From assembly GCA_963763095.1 (NCBI GenBank), contig CAVXNR010000006.1, positions 70,125-134,124 on the forward strand: a stretch of 64,000 nucleotides of DNA, read 5' to 3'. The DNA is from Vicinamibacteria bacterium. GTDB lineage: Bacteria; Acidobacteriota; Vicinamibacteria; Vicinamibacterales; JAENWD01. Under the pieces are notes generated by a model. The model searched no databases. It was given only the letters and a program-made list of their open reading frames with translations, and had not been told where the DNA came from. This document shows positions 47,369 through 58,261 of the stretch, in pieces. A program made the position numbers and the translations under genes. How positions within the stretch are numbered: the stretch's first letter is position 1; each line of letters opens with the position of its first letter.

Positions 47369-48919
47369 CCGTCGCGCGCGCGGGGCTGGTACTCGCGGCG
47401 CTTGCGACGCTCGCCGGCGGAGCCGCCAAGGCGGCCGCGCCGCTCACCGAAGCCCCCCGCCTCGCCGCGATCTACGACCTGATTCTGGACGCCGCCTTCG
47501 ACACGGCGGCCGCCGCTACCGAACGGGCCTGCGGCCCGGCGCCCCCGGTGGCGTGCCAGCTGCTCGACGTCACTGCTCTCTGGTGGCAGATCCAGCTCGA
47601 TGACCAGAGCACCGCCTTTGACGCGGAGTTCAAGCGCAGGGTCGATGCGGCGATCGCGGCTGCCGAGGCGTGGACCGTAAGCGATCCGGACCGCGCGGAA
47701 GCGTGGTTCTACCTGGGAGCTGCCTACGGCGCGCGCGTGCAGTGGCGGGTGCTGCGTGCCGAGCGCGTGGCGGCCGCTCGCGACGGCAAGCGGATCAAGG
47801 AGGCGCTCGAGCAGGCGCTTGCACTCGACCCGTCCCTCCACGACGCGCGCTTCGGGATCGGTCTCTACAAGTACTACGCGGATGTCGCGCCGGCTGCCGC
47901 CAGGTTCCTGCGCTTCCTGCTGTTGCTGCCCGGCGGTGACCGGGTCGAGGGGCTGCGCGACATGCTGTTCGCGCGCGAATACGGTGCGCTGCTGCGCGGC
48001 GAGGCGGACTACCAGCTGCACTGGGTCTATCTGTGGTACGAGGAGCAGCCGCAGCGCGGCCTCGAGATGCTGCAGCGCCTGCATGCCCGCTACCCGCGCA
48101 ACCCGCTCTTCCAGCAGCGCATCGCAGAGGTCGAGCAGCAGTACTTCCACGATCCATCGGCCAGCCTCGCCACGTGGCAGGAATTGCTGGCAGCGGCCGA
48201 CGCCGGACGTGTGCACGCGGCACCGCTCGCGGCGGCGCGCGCACGCCTCGGGTCGGCCGAGCGGCTCGATGAGCTCTATGAAACCGATCGCGCCCTCGAG
48301 CTCGTCGACGCCGTGATTCGCCAGGCGCCGGCAGCACCCTACGGCGCGCTCGCGCGCGCACACCTGCTGCGCGGACGGTTCGAAGCGCGGCTGGGCCGGC
48401 GGATGCAGGCACTCGCTGCCTTCCGTGCGGCCATCGCTGCAGCCCCGGCGCGCGATCCCGACCGACGTGGCCGAGGCCGCGCGCGAGGGGCTGCGCCGGC
48501 CTGCGGATCCCGTGACCGGCCAGGCCTACGCGCTCTCGCTCGCCGGCTGGCGCGCGTGCGAACGCGGCGCGATCGGGGAGGCGGAGCGCGCCCTCGATCG
48601 GGCACTCGCGTTGCGCCCGGGCGATCCGGTCGCGCTGTTCCGCAGGGCGCGCGTCCACCGCGCGCGCGCCGAGATCGGCCGCGCCATCATCCTGTTCGGC
48701 CGCGTCATCGCCGCGCGCCCGGTGGCGCCGCCCGTGTTCCTCGCGCGCGCGTATGTCGAACGCGCCGCCCTGCTCGAGTCGTCGCTCGATCGCGCCGGCG
48801 CGATCGAGTCCTACCGCAATGCCAGCCGCGTGTTCGGCGCCGACGCGCGTACACGGCAGCTCGCCGCACGCGCCGTCGTGCGGCTCCAGGCACACGCGCC
48901 TCTTCGCACCCCGCGCTGA
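47365..48919 (+). pseudogene. Exported TPR-like hypothetical protein, one +1 frameshift
   Basis: GTG 47365 overlaps the ddl stop (GTGA). Signal-like MTVARAGLVLAALATLAGGAAKA. The C-part sits in the frame of ORF 48425..48919 (..AYALSLAGWRACERGAIGEAERALDRALALRPGDP..). Join at CCC 48457-48459. Confidence 0.55.
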
Positions 48920-49081
48920 TCGTTGTCAGCAACGCGATCGGCCGATACAACAGTCATGCACGCGCGGACGCGCGAGCGAAGCGCACGACATCGGCGCGCG
49001 TCCGAGCTCGACTTGACAACGAATGCTCAAAAATGATTGCAGCTCCAGCGGATCTTTTTGACAATCTCGCGCACTTTATGC

Positions 49082-49109
49082 TTGACACACGATTTTTCTC
49101 ATCCATAAT
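49082..49109 (+). promoter_or_regulatory. Near-consensus sigma-70 promoter TTGACA-N16-CATAAT in an AT-rich island
   Basis: TTGACA at 49082-49087 and CATAAT at 49104-49109. Two more TTGACA boxes lie at 49013-49018 and 49058-49063. GC content drops locally across ~49000-49120. Confidence 0.55.
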
Positions 49110-49203
49110 CTACATCTTGTATGAGGGTGGACGGCTCAGACCACCCGTTGTTACAACCCGATAACGGTGGGCACGCTGAGCAACCACCGCTCCTGGAGGA
49201 GAA

Positions 49204-49266
49204 ATGGCGAAGAAAGCTGCGAAGAAGGCCGCTGGCGGTAAGAAGAAGGCCGCGAAGAAGCGGTAA
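49204..49266 (+). CDS. Micro-ORF 1: 20-aa Lys/Ala-rich polycationic peptide MAKKAAKKAAGGKKKAAKKR
   Basis: SD GGAGGAG at 49195-49201, ATG 49204, TAA 49264-49266, terminator 7 nt downstream. The paralogous copy differs only by synonymous changes and in-frame indels. Not in the ORF track (<60 aa). Confidence 0.55.
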   Translation: MAKKAAKKAAGGKKKAAKKR

Positions 49267-49272
49267 GCCGCA

Positions 49273-49303
49273 GGGGGTGTTCAGCAGAACACCCCCCTTT
49301 TTT
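49273..49303 (+). terminator. Strong intrinsic terminator
   Basis: GGGGGTGTTC-agca-GAACACCCCC (10-bp stem) followed by C and TTTTTT. Confidence 0.85.
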
Positions 49304-49450
49304 GTACAGGGCTCGCCGTTGTTCCTCTCCGCGGGACGCGGCATAGACGCGAGGGCATCCGGCAGCCGTGACGCGTGCCAGGCGGCAGCTCACCAGCGCT
49401 GGCGCGGATGACCCGGTCGCACATCCAAACGGACGAAAGGGGGGATTCGC

Positions 49451-49507
49451 ATGGCCAAGAAAGCAGCCAAGGGTGGCAAGAAGAAGGCAGCCGCCAAGAA
49501 GCGGTAA
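49451..49507 (+). CDS. Micro-ORF 2: 18-aa Lys/Ala-rich polycationic peptide MAKKAAKGGKKKAAAKKR
   Basis: SD-like AAAGGGGGG 6 nt upstream, ATG 49451, TAA 49505-49507, own terminator downstream. Confidence 0.55.
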   Translation: MAKKAAKGGKKKAAAKKR

Positions 49508-49527
49508 GACCCGAGACCGTTCTGCGT

Positions 49528-49557
49528 GGGGCGCGAAGGTTTGCGCCCCCGTTTTTT
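49528..49557 (+). terminator. Strong intrinsic terminator
   Basis: GGGGCGC-gaaggttt-GCGCCCC followed by CG and TTTTTT. Ends 9 nt from the convergent PPIase stop. Confidence 0.8.
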
Positions 49558-49565
49558 GTACGCCG

Positions 49566-51706
49566 CTAGCGCACGCCGTCCCACACGCGCACACGCCGCA
49601 CCACGTCCCACGGCCGCAGCTGCTCGACGACTTCCATCCCGCTGATGACGTGGCCGAACACGGTGTAGCGCCCATCCAGGTGCGGCTGCGGACCGTAGGT
49701 GATGAAGTACTGGCTCCCGCCGGTCTCCTTCCAGTCCAGCGCCATGCCGACCGTGCCGCGCAGGTACGGACGCTCGTTGATCTCGTCACGCAGGGTGTAA
49801 CCCGGGCCGCCTTCACCGTCGCCGCGGGGATCGCCGTCCTGCAGGACGAACCCGGGCACGACGCGGTGAATGCTCAGCCCGTCGAAGAAGCCCTTGCGCG
49901 CGAGCGTGATGAAGCTGAACGCCGTCAGCGGCGCATCGAGCACCGCGAGCTCGATCTGGAAGGTGCCCTTGTCGGTGTCCACGTACACGTGCGTGGAGTA
50001 CGGCGGCGACACGACCGGGCTCGACGCAATCGTCGCCGCGTCGACGGTGGTCGGGGCGGGTCGGATGACGGTCGCCGTATTTCGAGCGGGATCGATCGCC
50101 TGCAGCAGCGACGCCGCGCGCACGCGCACCGCCCAGTCCTTGTCCGCGAGCGCCGCAGTGAGCGTGGGCTCGGCCGCCGGGCGCTCGTACTTCGCCAGCG
50201 CGCCGATGATGGCGCCACGGGCCACATAAGTGGGGTCCCGCTCGGCCGTGCGATATGCCGCCGCGAGCGCCTCGGCACCGGCCGGCGGACGCAGCTCGCC
50301 GAGTGCGGTCGCCGCGGCGGCGCGCACGGCGGGATCGTCAGCCTTCAGATGATCCAGGAGCAGGCGTTCGACGTCGGGCGCCTTCACGGCGGCGAGCGCG
50401 GCGAGCACCGCCGGCACCGCGCGCTGATCCTGATCCTTCAGCAGGGGCATCAGCAGCGGCACGGCCTGCTCCGCGTCCAGCGTGCCGAGCGTCGAGGCCA
50501 CGGCGGCCCGCACGGTCCAGTGCCGATCCGGCTCGAGCCCTGAGAGCGCCGAGAGGAAGCCTTCGCGGTCGATGGCGCCGAGCGTGCGGAAGGCGGCGGC
50601 CCGGACTCCGGCCGCCGGGTCGGTGAGAAAGTCCAGCAGCGGCTGGCTGTGCTCGCTCGATCCAACCCGTCCCAGCGCGGTGATCACCTCGGTTCTGAAT
50701 GCGGGGTCGAGCGCAGGCCCCCCCATCACGCGCACGAGGACAGGGGCCGCGGCTGGCGCCTCGAGGGCCGCGAGCGCCCGCACCGCCTCGAGCGCCACCA
50801 GGGGCTGGCGCGCGACGTCTTCCGCGAGCGGCAGCAGCACGGGCACCGAAACTGAGGCCTTGACCTGACCCAGCCCTCGCGCGGCGAACGCGCGCGTGTA
50901 CATCCCACCGCTCCGCGTGAGTGCGGTCAGCGCCGCAGCGGCACGTGGATCCTCCGCGCGTCCGAGCGCGTACGCCACGGGCCACCACTCGGAGACCGGT
51001 TGCCCGTCAGGCGTGAGCGCGATCGAAGCAAGCGCGTCGTACGCTTTCAGGCGTGCGAACGCATACAAGCCGAGACGAACCGCCTCGACCTCGGGAGCGA
51101 GCGGAAAGGTCAGATCGTCGGGCGCGATCGCGCGCAGCACGCCCGCATCGACGTGCGGCCGCATCATGGCCGCGATGTCCGCCGCATGCGCCTTCGCCCC
51201 GATAGCGCCGAGGGCCTCAGCCGCACGACCCTGCACGAGCGGCGACGGGTCCTTCAACGCCGCCACGAGGGCCGCGGTTCCAGCCTCCTGACCGATGAGG
51301 CCGAGCGCGAACGCCGCCATCTGCCGCACTTCGGGGTCCGCGTCGGTCGCCACGACGCGCGTGAGCGGAACGATGCCCTCCACGAGCCCGACCCGCCCCA
51401 CCGCCAACGCCGCGCGCCGGCGTACGGGGCGGATCGCCTTGCGTGAGCGCAGCCAGGAGGTCGGGCACCGCCGGCCGCGACGGATGGGGCTGCGGGCGCG
51501 CGGCGGTTGCGCGGGTCGGCAGCTGCCTCGGGCGGTGCGGCCGGGGCCGCGCCGCGGAGCATGCGCTGATCTTCGAGCCGCACGATCCAGGCGAGCGATT
51601 GCTCGAACGTCGGAGGCGGAGGTCCGGCGGGTCGACGTGGCGCCGACGCACACCCGTACGCGAGGAGGCCCGTCGCAAGGATGGAGAGCGAGATCGTGCG
51701 TGTCAC
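49566..51706 (-). pseudogene. Lipoprotein fusing HEAT/PBS-lyase-like repeats to a C-terminal cyclophilin-type peptidyl-prolyl isomerase; two +1 frameshifts near the 5' end
   Basis: GTG 51706. Lipobox LLAYGCAS. HEAT-like units (DPEVRQMAAFALGLIG, DPSPLVQGRAAEALGAIG, ...). Cyclophilin end FHRVVPGFVLQDGDPRGDGEGGPGY..GTVGMA..QYFITY. Shifts at ~51470-51510 and at CCCC (plus-strand GGGG) 51426-51429. Confidence 0.8.
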
Positions 51707-51876
51707 GGCTGTGTCAGTGTCTCCACGCGGAGGGCGGCGGGCAGCACGCCACTGCCGGGCGTGCGGCGGCCAGGAGGCAAGCGCGGCGTCCGCGATGCCG
51801 CGGGGCCGCATGATAGCACGTGGCTGAGCGTCGGCTTGCCGCTCGCGCGGGCGGGTGGCTATACTCGCGCGACCTC

Positions 51877-52516
51877 ATGTTCCGGCACATCGCGATTGAA
51901 GGGCCGACAGGGGTCGGCAAGTCGGCCCTCGCCGAGCGCCTCGCCACGCGGCTCGACGCGACGCTCGACCTCGAAGACACGCGAGAACCCGTTTCTCCCC
52001 GACTTCTACGCCGAGCGGCCGGGTGCGGCGCTTCAGGCGCAGCTTTTTTATCTCCTCAGCCGCCATCGGCAGCAGAGTGCCCTCGGTCAGGCAGACCTTT
52101 TCAGCCAGCAGACGGTCAGCGACTATCTCTTCGACAAGGACAAGATCTACGCATACCTGAATCTCGACGACAACGAGTTGTTCATCTACCAGCGGCTCTA
52201 CGATCTCCTGTCGCGCGACGTGGTGCCGCCGGATCTCGTGATCTATCTGCAGGCCCCCACTGAGGTGCTGCTCAAGCGCACGCGGGAGCAGACAGTCGAG
52301 GGCGATGGCGATCGAATCGTGCCCGACGAGCAGTACCTCCAGGAGCTGAACGAGGCGTACCATCACTTCTTCTTCCATTACGCCGCCAGCCCGCTGCTCG
52401 TCGTCGAGACCTCCCAGTTTGCGCCGGCCTCGAGCGACGACATGCTCGACGACCTCGTCCGGCAGATCGACACCATGGGGAAGGGCACCCGCTACTACGT
52501 GCCGCGCACGGGTTAG
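51877..52516 (+). pseudogene. Deoxynucleoside kinase family protein, one +1 frameshift
   Basis: ATG 51877. P-loop IEGPTGVGKS. Continues in the frame of ORF 51443..52516 (..RENPFLPDFYAERPG..DYLFDKDKIYA..). Join at about 51970-51990. Confidence 0.75.
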
Positions 52517-52580
52517 AGTGTCTCGCGGCGGGCCGCCGATTCCTTGACCTCAGCCCGCCAACCTTCTAAGCTCGCCGGTC

Positions 52581-53480
52581 ATGGCCTGGTTCAAGAAGAG
52601 CCGCAAGCCGATGGAGTCAGCGCCCCCGAAGGCAAGCAAGATTCCCGAAGGCCTCTGGGTGAAGTGTCCCGGCTGCTCGCAGGCGATCTATAACAAGGAC
52701 CTCGCGGCCAGTCTCCACGTCTGCCCGAAATGCGGATACCACTTCCGGATTGGCGCGGCCGACCGCCTGCGGATGCTGCTGGACGGCGGGCGGTTCGTCG
52801 CGTACGACGAGGGCCTGGCCTCGGTGGACCCCCTCAAGTTCGTCGACACGAAACCGTACGCGGATCGGTTGCGGTCCACGCGGCAGGCCACCGGGGAGAA
52901 GGACGCCGTGATCTCCGCCACGGGCGAGATCGACGGTCAGCCGTGCGTGGTCGCGGCGATGGAGTACACGTTCATCGGCGGCAGCATGGGGGTCGTCGTC
53001 GGGGAAAAGATCACGCGGTCGATCGAGCGTGCGATTGAGCGGCGCCTGCCCGTGGTGATCGTTTCCTGCTCCGGCGGGGCCCGCATGATGGAAGGCGCGC
53101 TCTCGCTGATGCAGATGGCCAAGATCAGCGCGGCGCTCGCCCGGCTCGACCGCGCCAGGCTGCCGTATATCTCGGTGCTCACCGACCCCACCACCGGCGG
53201 GGTCACGGCGAGCTTCGCGATGCTGGGCGACCTGAACATTGCGGAGCCGCGGGCGCTCATCGGGTTTGCCGGGCCGCGCGTCATCGAGCAGACCATCAGG
53301 CAGAAGCTGCCGGAGGGCTTCCAGCGCAGCGAATTCCTGCTGGATCACGGGATGATCGACATGGTCGTCGACCGCCGTGAGCTGAAGGACACGCTCGCGC
53401 GCGCGTTGCGGTTCATGTGCACCGCTCCGGAGGTGGCGACCCGCGAACCGCCGGTCGCTGAGTCCGCGGGCGTGCGGTGA
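52581..53480 (+). CDS. accD: Acetyl-CoA carboxylase carboxyltransferase beta subunit
   Basis: Zn ribbon CPGCSQAIYNKDL..CPKCGYH. Carboxyltransferase domain ..FIGGSMGVVVGEKI..GGARMMEG... Confidence 0.9.
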   Translation: MAWFKKSRKPMESAPPKASKIPEGLWVKCPGCSQAIYNKDLAASLHVCPKCGYHFRIGAADRLRMLLDGGRFVAYDEGLASVDPLKFVDTKPYADRLRSTRQATGEKDAVISATGEIDGQPCVVAAMEYTFIGGSMGVVVGEKITRSIERAIERRLPVVIVSCSGGARMMEGALSLMQMAKISAALARLDRARLPYISVLTDPTTGGVTASFAMLGDLNIAEPRALIGFAGPRVIEQTIRQKLPEGFQRSEFLLDHGMIDMVVDRRELKDTLARALRFMCTAPEVATREPPVAESAGVR

Positions 53481-54783
53481 ACGGCCCGTCCGCCCGGCGC
53501 GACCCACGCGCCTGGCTGACCACCCTCGAACACTTCGGCATCAAGCTCGGGCTCTCGAGCATCCGGACACTCTGCCAAGCCCTGGGCCACCCCGAGCGGC
53601 AGTTCCGCTCGGTGCACATCGCCGGCACCAACGGGAAGGGCTCCGTGGCCGCCATGGTCGACGAGGCCTTGCGGGCGGCCGGCCACCACACCGGACGCTA
53701 TACCTCGCCACACCTCGTGCACCTGGAAGAGCGCATCGCGGTTGCCGGCGCGTCAGTGACCGCGGCACTGCTCGACGGTGCCCTCGACACGGTCAGCACA
53801 GCCGTCGAGGAGCTGCGGGATGCAGGCTCGCTCGAGGTGCACCCCACATTCTTCGAGATCATCACCGCTGCGGCGTTCGTGGTCTTCGCGCGAGCAGGTG
53901 TGGACGTCGCGGTCATCGAAGTCGGGCTCGGCGGGCGCTTCGACGCCACCAACGTCGTCGATCCTGTGGTCGCGGCGATCACGTCCATCGCGCTGGACCA
54001 CGAGCAGCATCTCGGCGCGACCCTGGAGGCGATCGCGTTCGAGAAGGCAGGCATCGTGAAACCCGGAGTTCCGGTGGTCGTCGGTGAGCTGCCCGAGGAG
54101 GCGCGCGGGATCGTTCGGCGTGTCTGTCAGGAGCGCGGCGCGCAGCTCCACGACACAGCGGTCGAGTGCGTCGTGGCACGTGCACGCCAGAATGGCCGGA
54201 CGATCCTCCGCCTCACGACGCCCCGGCGCGTGTACCCGCCCATCGTGCTCGCCCTCCGCGGCGATCACCAGGCGCAGAACGCCGCGGTGGCGGTTCGACT
54301 GCTCGAACTGCTGGACGAGCGCGGCGTGCAGCTATCCGAAGGTGCGATTGCGGCCGGCCTCGCAGGTGCCCGCTGGCCGGCCCGGCTCGAATCTGATCTC
54401 CGGTGGGAGGCGGGCGCGAGGTGCTCGTCGACGGCGCCCACAACCCGGCGGGTGCTGCGGCTCTGGAGGCATACGTCAGGTCGGAGTGGCCGGACGGGTT
54501 GCCGCTGGTGTTTGGCGCCATGCGCGACAAGCATGCGGCGGACATGTTGCGGCCGCTCGCGACAATCGCGCAGCCGCTGATTCTCACGACCGCCCCGGGA
54601 CCACGGGCGGCCGACGCGGAGAGTCTCGCCGCCGTCGCCCGGTCAATCGGCGTCTACGATCCGATCGTGTGCCCTCGTATCCCGCAGGCGCTCGACGCAG
54701 GATGGGAACGCGCGCCGCGGATCGCGGCGGCCGGATCTCTGTACCTGGCGGGCGAGGTCCTCCGATTGCTCGTCGACCAGTGA
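53477..54783 (+). pseudogene. folC: Bifunctional folylpolyglutamate synthase/dihydrofolate synthase, one -1 frameshift
   Basis: GTG 53477 overlaps the accD stop (GTGA). P-loop HIAGTNGKGS. The C-part (..GGREVLVDGAHNPAGAAAL..) is in the frame of ORF 54403..54783. An in-frame TGA at 54394-54396 in that frame confines the shift to 54397-54405. Confidence 0.85.
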
Positions 54784-54927
54784 AGCGCGGGCGGTCACGT
54801 GCATCCGCCGCGACGCCGACGACCTTGGCCGGCCTCGGGACGCGTGATATTCTGCGGCCGCCTGCACCTGCTCCTTCGCTCCGCGTGCGTGTGCCCCGCT
54901 GCGCACGTGCCCGTGCCTGTGCCCGTG

Positions 54928-57220
54928 ATGCGCTACACCCCTGGAATTCTGGTCGTGTTCTGTCTCGCGTTCTGTGCTGCGCCGCCAGCAGCCGCGCAGG
55001 AACTCGCCGGCTGCAAGGCTCACACGTCCCGGCAATGGACGATGGAGCGCCTCGGCACCGAGCACTGGAAGCTCGTGGGGCAGGTGGAAGTGACCTGCGT
55101 CGACGAGACGTTCTTCGCCGATGAGATCGAGCTGTTCACGGATCAGGATCGGCTCGTCGCGACGGGGAACGTGGTGTTCACGTCGGGCACGAGCCGGATC
55201 GCCGCCGAACGGCTGGAGTTCAACACCCGGACCAAGACGGGCACCTTCTACAACGCGAGCGGCAGCGCCACCATCGGACAACCGGAGGCGGAGCCCGGGC
55301 CCGAGGACCGGAGCGTGTTCGGCACGCAGGAACCCGACGTCTACTTCTACGGCGAGACGCTGCAGAAGCTGGGCGAGCAGAAATACAAGATCACCCGCGG
55401 CGGCTTCACAACGTGCCTGCAGCCGACGCCGCGATGGGAGCTGACGTCACGGTCGGTGACCCTCAACCTGGAGCACTACGCCATGCTCACCAACTCGTTG
55501 TTCAAGGTGAAGGGCGTCCCGGTGTTCTACATGCCGATCTTCTATTACCCCGTCCAGAAGGACGATCGCGCGACAGGGTTCCTGATTCCCACCTACGGGT
55601 CCTCGGATATCAGAGGCCAGTCCCTGAGCAACGCGTTCTTCTGGGCGATCAGCCGCAGTCAGGATCTCACGCTGCTGCACGACTGGTACTCGCAGACGGG
55701 CCAGGGCTTCGGTACCGAATACAGGTACGTCCGTGGCCCGGGCTCCGATGGCTTCCTGCGCTTCTACAATCTGCAGGAGCACGAGGCGCAGTACCGACGA
55801 CACGACAACCCCTGAACGCCAGAGCTATGAGGTCCGCGGTGCGGGCACGCAGCGGATAGGAAGAGCGGTGCGGGCCAGATTCCGCGCCGACTACTTCTCC
55901 GACATCCAGGTGCAGCAGACGTACCACCAGAACGTGTACGAGGCGTCGCGGCGACAGCGCGTCTTCAGCGGGTCAGTGGGCGGGGCCTGGCGCGAGTACA
56001 ACATCACCGGCACGGTCGATCGCAGCGAGTATTTTTACGGCACGACGAGCTCCACGGTCCGCGGCGGGGCGCCGCGCCTGCTGGTGAACCGGAACGAACG
56101 GCCGTTGTTCGGGAGCTTCGCCTACCTCGCGGTGAATACCGAGTACAACCGCCTGATCGTCCAGCGGAAGACCGAGACCGAGCTGGTGGACCAGAGCCTG
56201 ACGCGGTACGACATCCTGCCGCGAATCCGTGTCCCCTTCACCAAATGGCAATTCCTGACGGCGAACTCCACGGTGGCGTTCCGCTCGACTCACTGGACGG
56301 AGAGCCGCGACCCCCTTGGCCAGCAGGTCGATCAGGGTGTCTCGAGGAACTATTACGAGCTGCAGTCGCAGGTGACCGGCCCGGTGCTGAACCGGATCTG
56401 GACGTTCCCCGGGAGCAAGTACGCGGAAAAGCTGAAACACTCGATTCAGCCGTTCTTCAACGTCGGGCGGATCTCGGGCGTCGACAACTTCGAACGAATC
56501 GTTCAGATCGACTCAGCAGACACCGTGGTCGGGAGCACCACGCGCGTGGCGTATGGAGTAACGAACCGCGTGTACCGCAAGCCGGCAGGCGGCGGCCAGT
56601 CCCGCGAAATCCTGAACGCGACGGTCGGGCAGAGTTACTACACCGATGAGCGGGCCGCACAGTACGACCGGTATTACCAGACAAGCTTCAACGGCACCGC
56701 ACCGACGAAGTTCTCGCCCCTCGCGATCGCGATACGCACGCTGCCGACCGACTACATGACGACGAACTTCCGCGCCGAGTACGACACGCGGTTTCACGCG
56801 TTCCGGACGATGGCGGCTGACGGGACGATCGACTGGCACGGATGGGTGCAGGCGAGCGCAGGCTGGAGTCAGCGGCGGTTGGTGGAGGGGCTGTCCGGTT
56901 TCGACGACCCTGATCGACTGGATCACTACATCAATGGGCTCACGAACGTGCGCCTGAAGCAGAACCGCTACGGCGTGATGCACCAGTTCAATTACGACCT
57001 GCTGCGCAGCAGCTTCCTGCAGCAGCGCATCATGGCCTACTACAATGCGCAGTGCTGCGGGTTCGCGGTGGAATACCAGGCGTACGACTTGAGCCAGCTC
57101 GGGTACAGTCCCGTGCAGAAGGACAACCGCCTGAACTTCTCGTTCACCCTGGCGGGCATCGGAACATTCGCCAATTTCTTCGGCGCCATGGGCGGGCCCT
57201 CCGGCAACGGCGGGTACTGA
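54928..57220 (+). pseudogene. lptD: LPS-assembly outer-membrane protein LptD (OstA family), one +1 frameshift
   Basis: ATG 54928 with a signal peptide. OstA N-domain (..ADEIELFTDQDRLVATGNVVFTSGTSRIAAERLEFN..). The beta-barrel part continues in the frame of ORF 55733..57220. Join at about 55790-55812. Confidence 0.8.
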
Positions 57221-57244
57221 CGCGCGGAGACGAACGGATCTTCA

Positions 57245-58261
57245 ATGATCGACGTGCTCGTCACGGGCGGGGCAGGGTTCATCGGCAGCAACTTCGTGCG
57301 TCACGCGTTGGCCGCGCATCCCGACTGGCGTGTCACCACCCTCGACAAGCTCACGTACGCCGGACGGCTCGAGAACCTGCACGACGTCCTGGATCATCCG
57401 CGGCACGCGTTCGTGCGTGCCGACATCTGCGACAGCGCTGCCATCCGCCCCCTCGTGGCCCGCTCGGCCATCGTCGTGCACTTCGCGGCCGAAACACACG
57501 TCGATCGCTCCATCCAGGCGGCCGGCGACTTCATCCGCACAGACGTGATGGGCACGTTCGTGCTGCTCGAAGCAGCGCGTGATGCTCCGGGGCTCCGTCG
57601 CTTCGTCCAGATTTCCACCGACGAGGTCTACGGCAGCGTGCCCGCGGGCGCCAGCCGTGAAGGCGATGAGCTACGGCCGCGAAATCCGTACTCGGCCAGC
57701 AAGGCGGGCGCGGACCGCCTGGCATACAGTTATTTCGCCACGTATGGCGTCCCGGTCATCGTCACCCGTGCGTCCAACAATTACGGGCCGTACCAGTTTC
57801 CAGAAAAGCTGATCCCGCTGTTCATCACGAACGCGATCGACCGGCTTCCCGTGCCGCTGTATGGCGATGGCGGCAACGTTCGCGACTGGCTGCACGTGCT
57901 GGACCATTGCCGTGCCGTAGATCTGCTGATCGAGCGCGGCGAGCCGGGTGAGGTCTACAACGTCGGCGGCGGCAATGAGGTGGCGAACCTCGAGATCACG
58001 CGGCGGATCCTCTCGCTTCTGGATCGTCCCGACACTCTGATCCGCCACGTCCCCGACCGCCAGGGCCATGATCGGCGGTACTGCGTCGACACCTCGCGAG
58101 TGCGGGCGCTGGGCTGGGCGCCGCAGGCGGATTTCGAAACGGGCCTGAAGCAGACCGTCGACTGGTACGCCGCGAACGAATGGTGGTGGCGGCCGGTGAA
58201 GGAGCAGGACCCAGCGTTTCGGGCGTACTACCAGCAGCGGTACGGCACGACGCTCACCTGA
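57245..58261 (+). CDS. rfbB: dTDP-glucose 4,6-dehydratase
   Basis: VTGGAGFIGSNF, YSASKAGAD (YxxxK), and RASNNYGPYQFPEKLIP. Confidence 0.9.
   Translation: MIDVLVTGGAGFIGSNFVRHALAAHPDWRVTTLDKLTYAGRLENLHDVLDHPRHAFVRADICDSAAIRPLVARSAIVVHFAAETHVDRSIQAAGDFIRTDVMGTFVLLEAARDAPGLRRFVQISTDEVYGSVPAGASREGDELRPRNPYSASKAGADRLAYSYFATYGVPVIVTRASNNYGPYQFPEKLIPLFITNAIDRLPVPLYGDGGNVRDWLHVLDHCRAVDLLIERGEPGEVYNVGGGNEVANLEITRRILSLLDRPDTLIRHVPDRQGHDRRYCVDTSRVRALGWAPQADFETGLKQTVDWYAANEWWWRPVKEQDPAFRAYYQQRYGTTLT

Noticed and set aside
49204-49557. Lys-rich micro-ORFs acting as classical attenuation leader peptides (lysine sensing)
   Set aside because: Each micro-ORF is followed by a terminator, but no same-strand structural gene follows. 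The next gene is convergent. I could not draw an alternative antiterminator pairing. Read-through antisense regulation of the PPIase gene remains pure speculation.
49121-49569. ORF-track ORFs 49121..49411 (+), 49375..49569 (+) and 49151..49816 (-) over the micro-gene region
   Set aside because: They run across two strong terminators and the promoter-proximal hairpins in other frames. They have no SD and give low-complexity products. The short K/A frames are the ones showing synonymous-only divergence.
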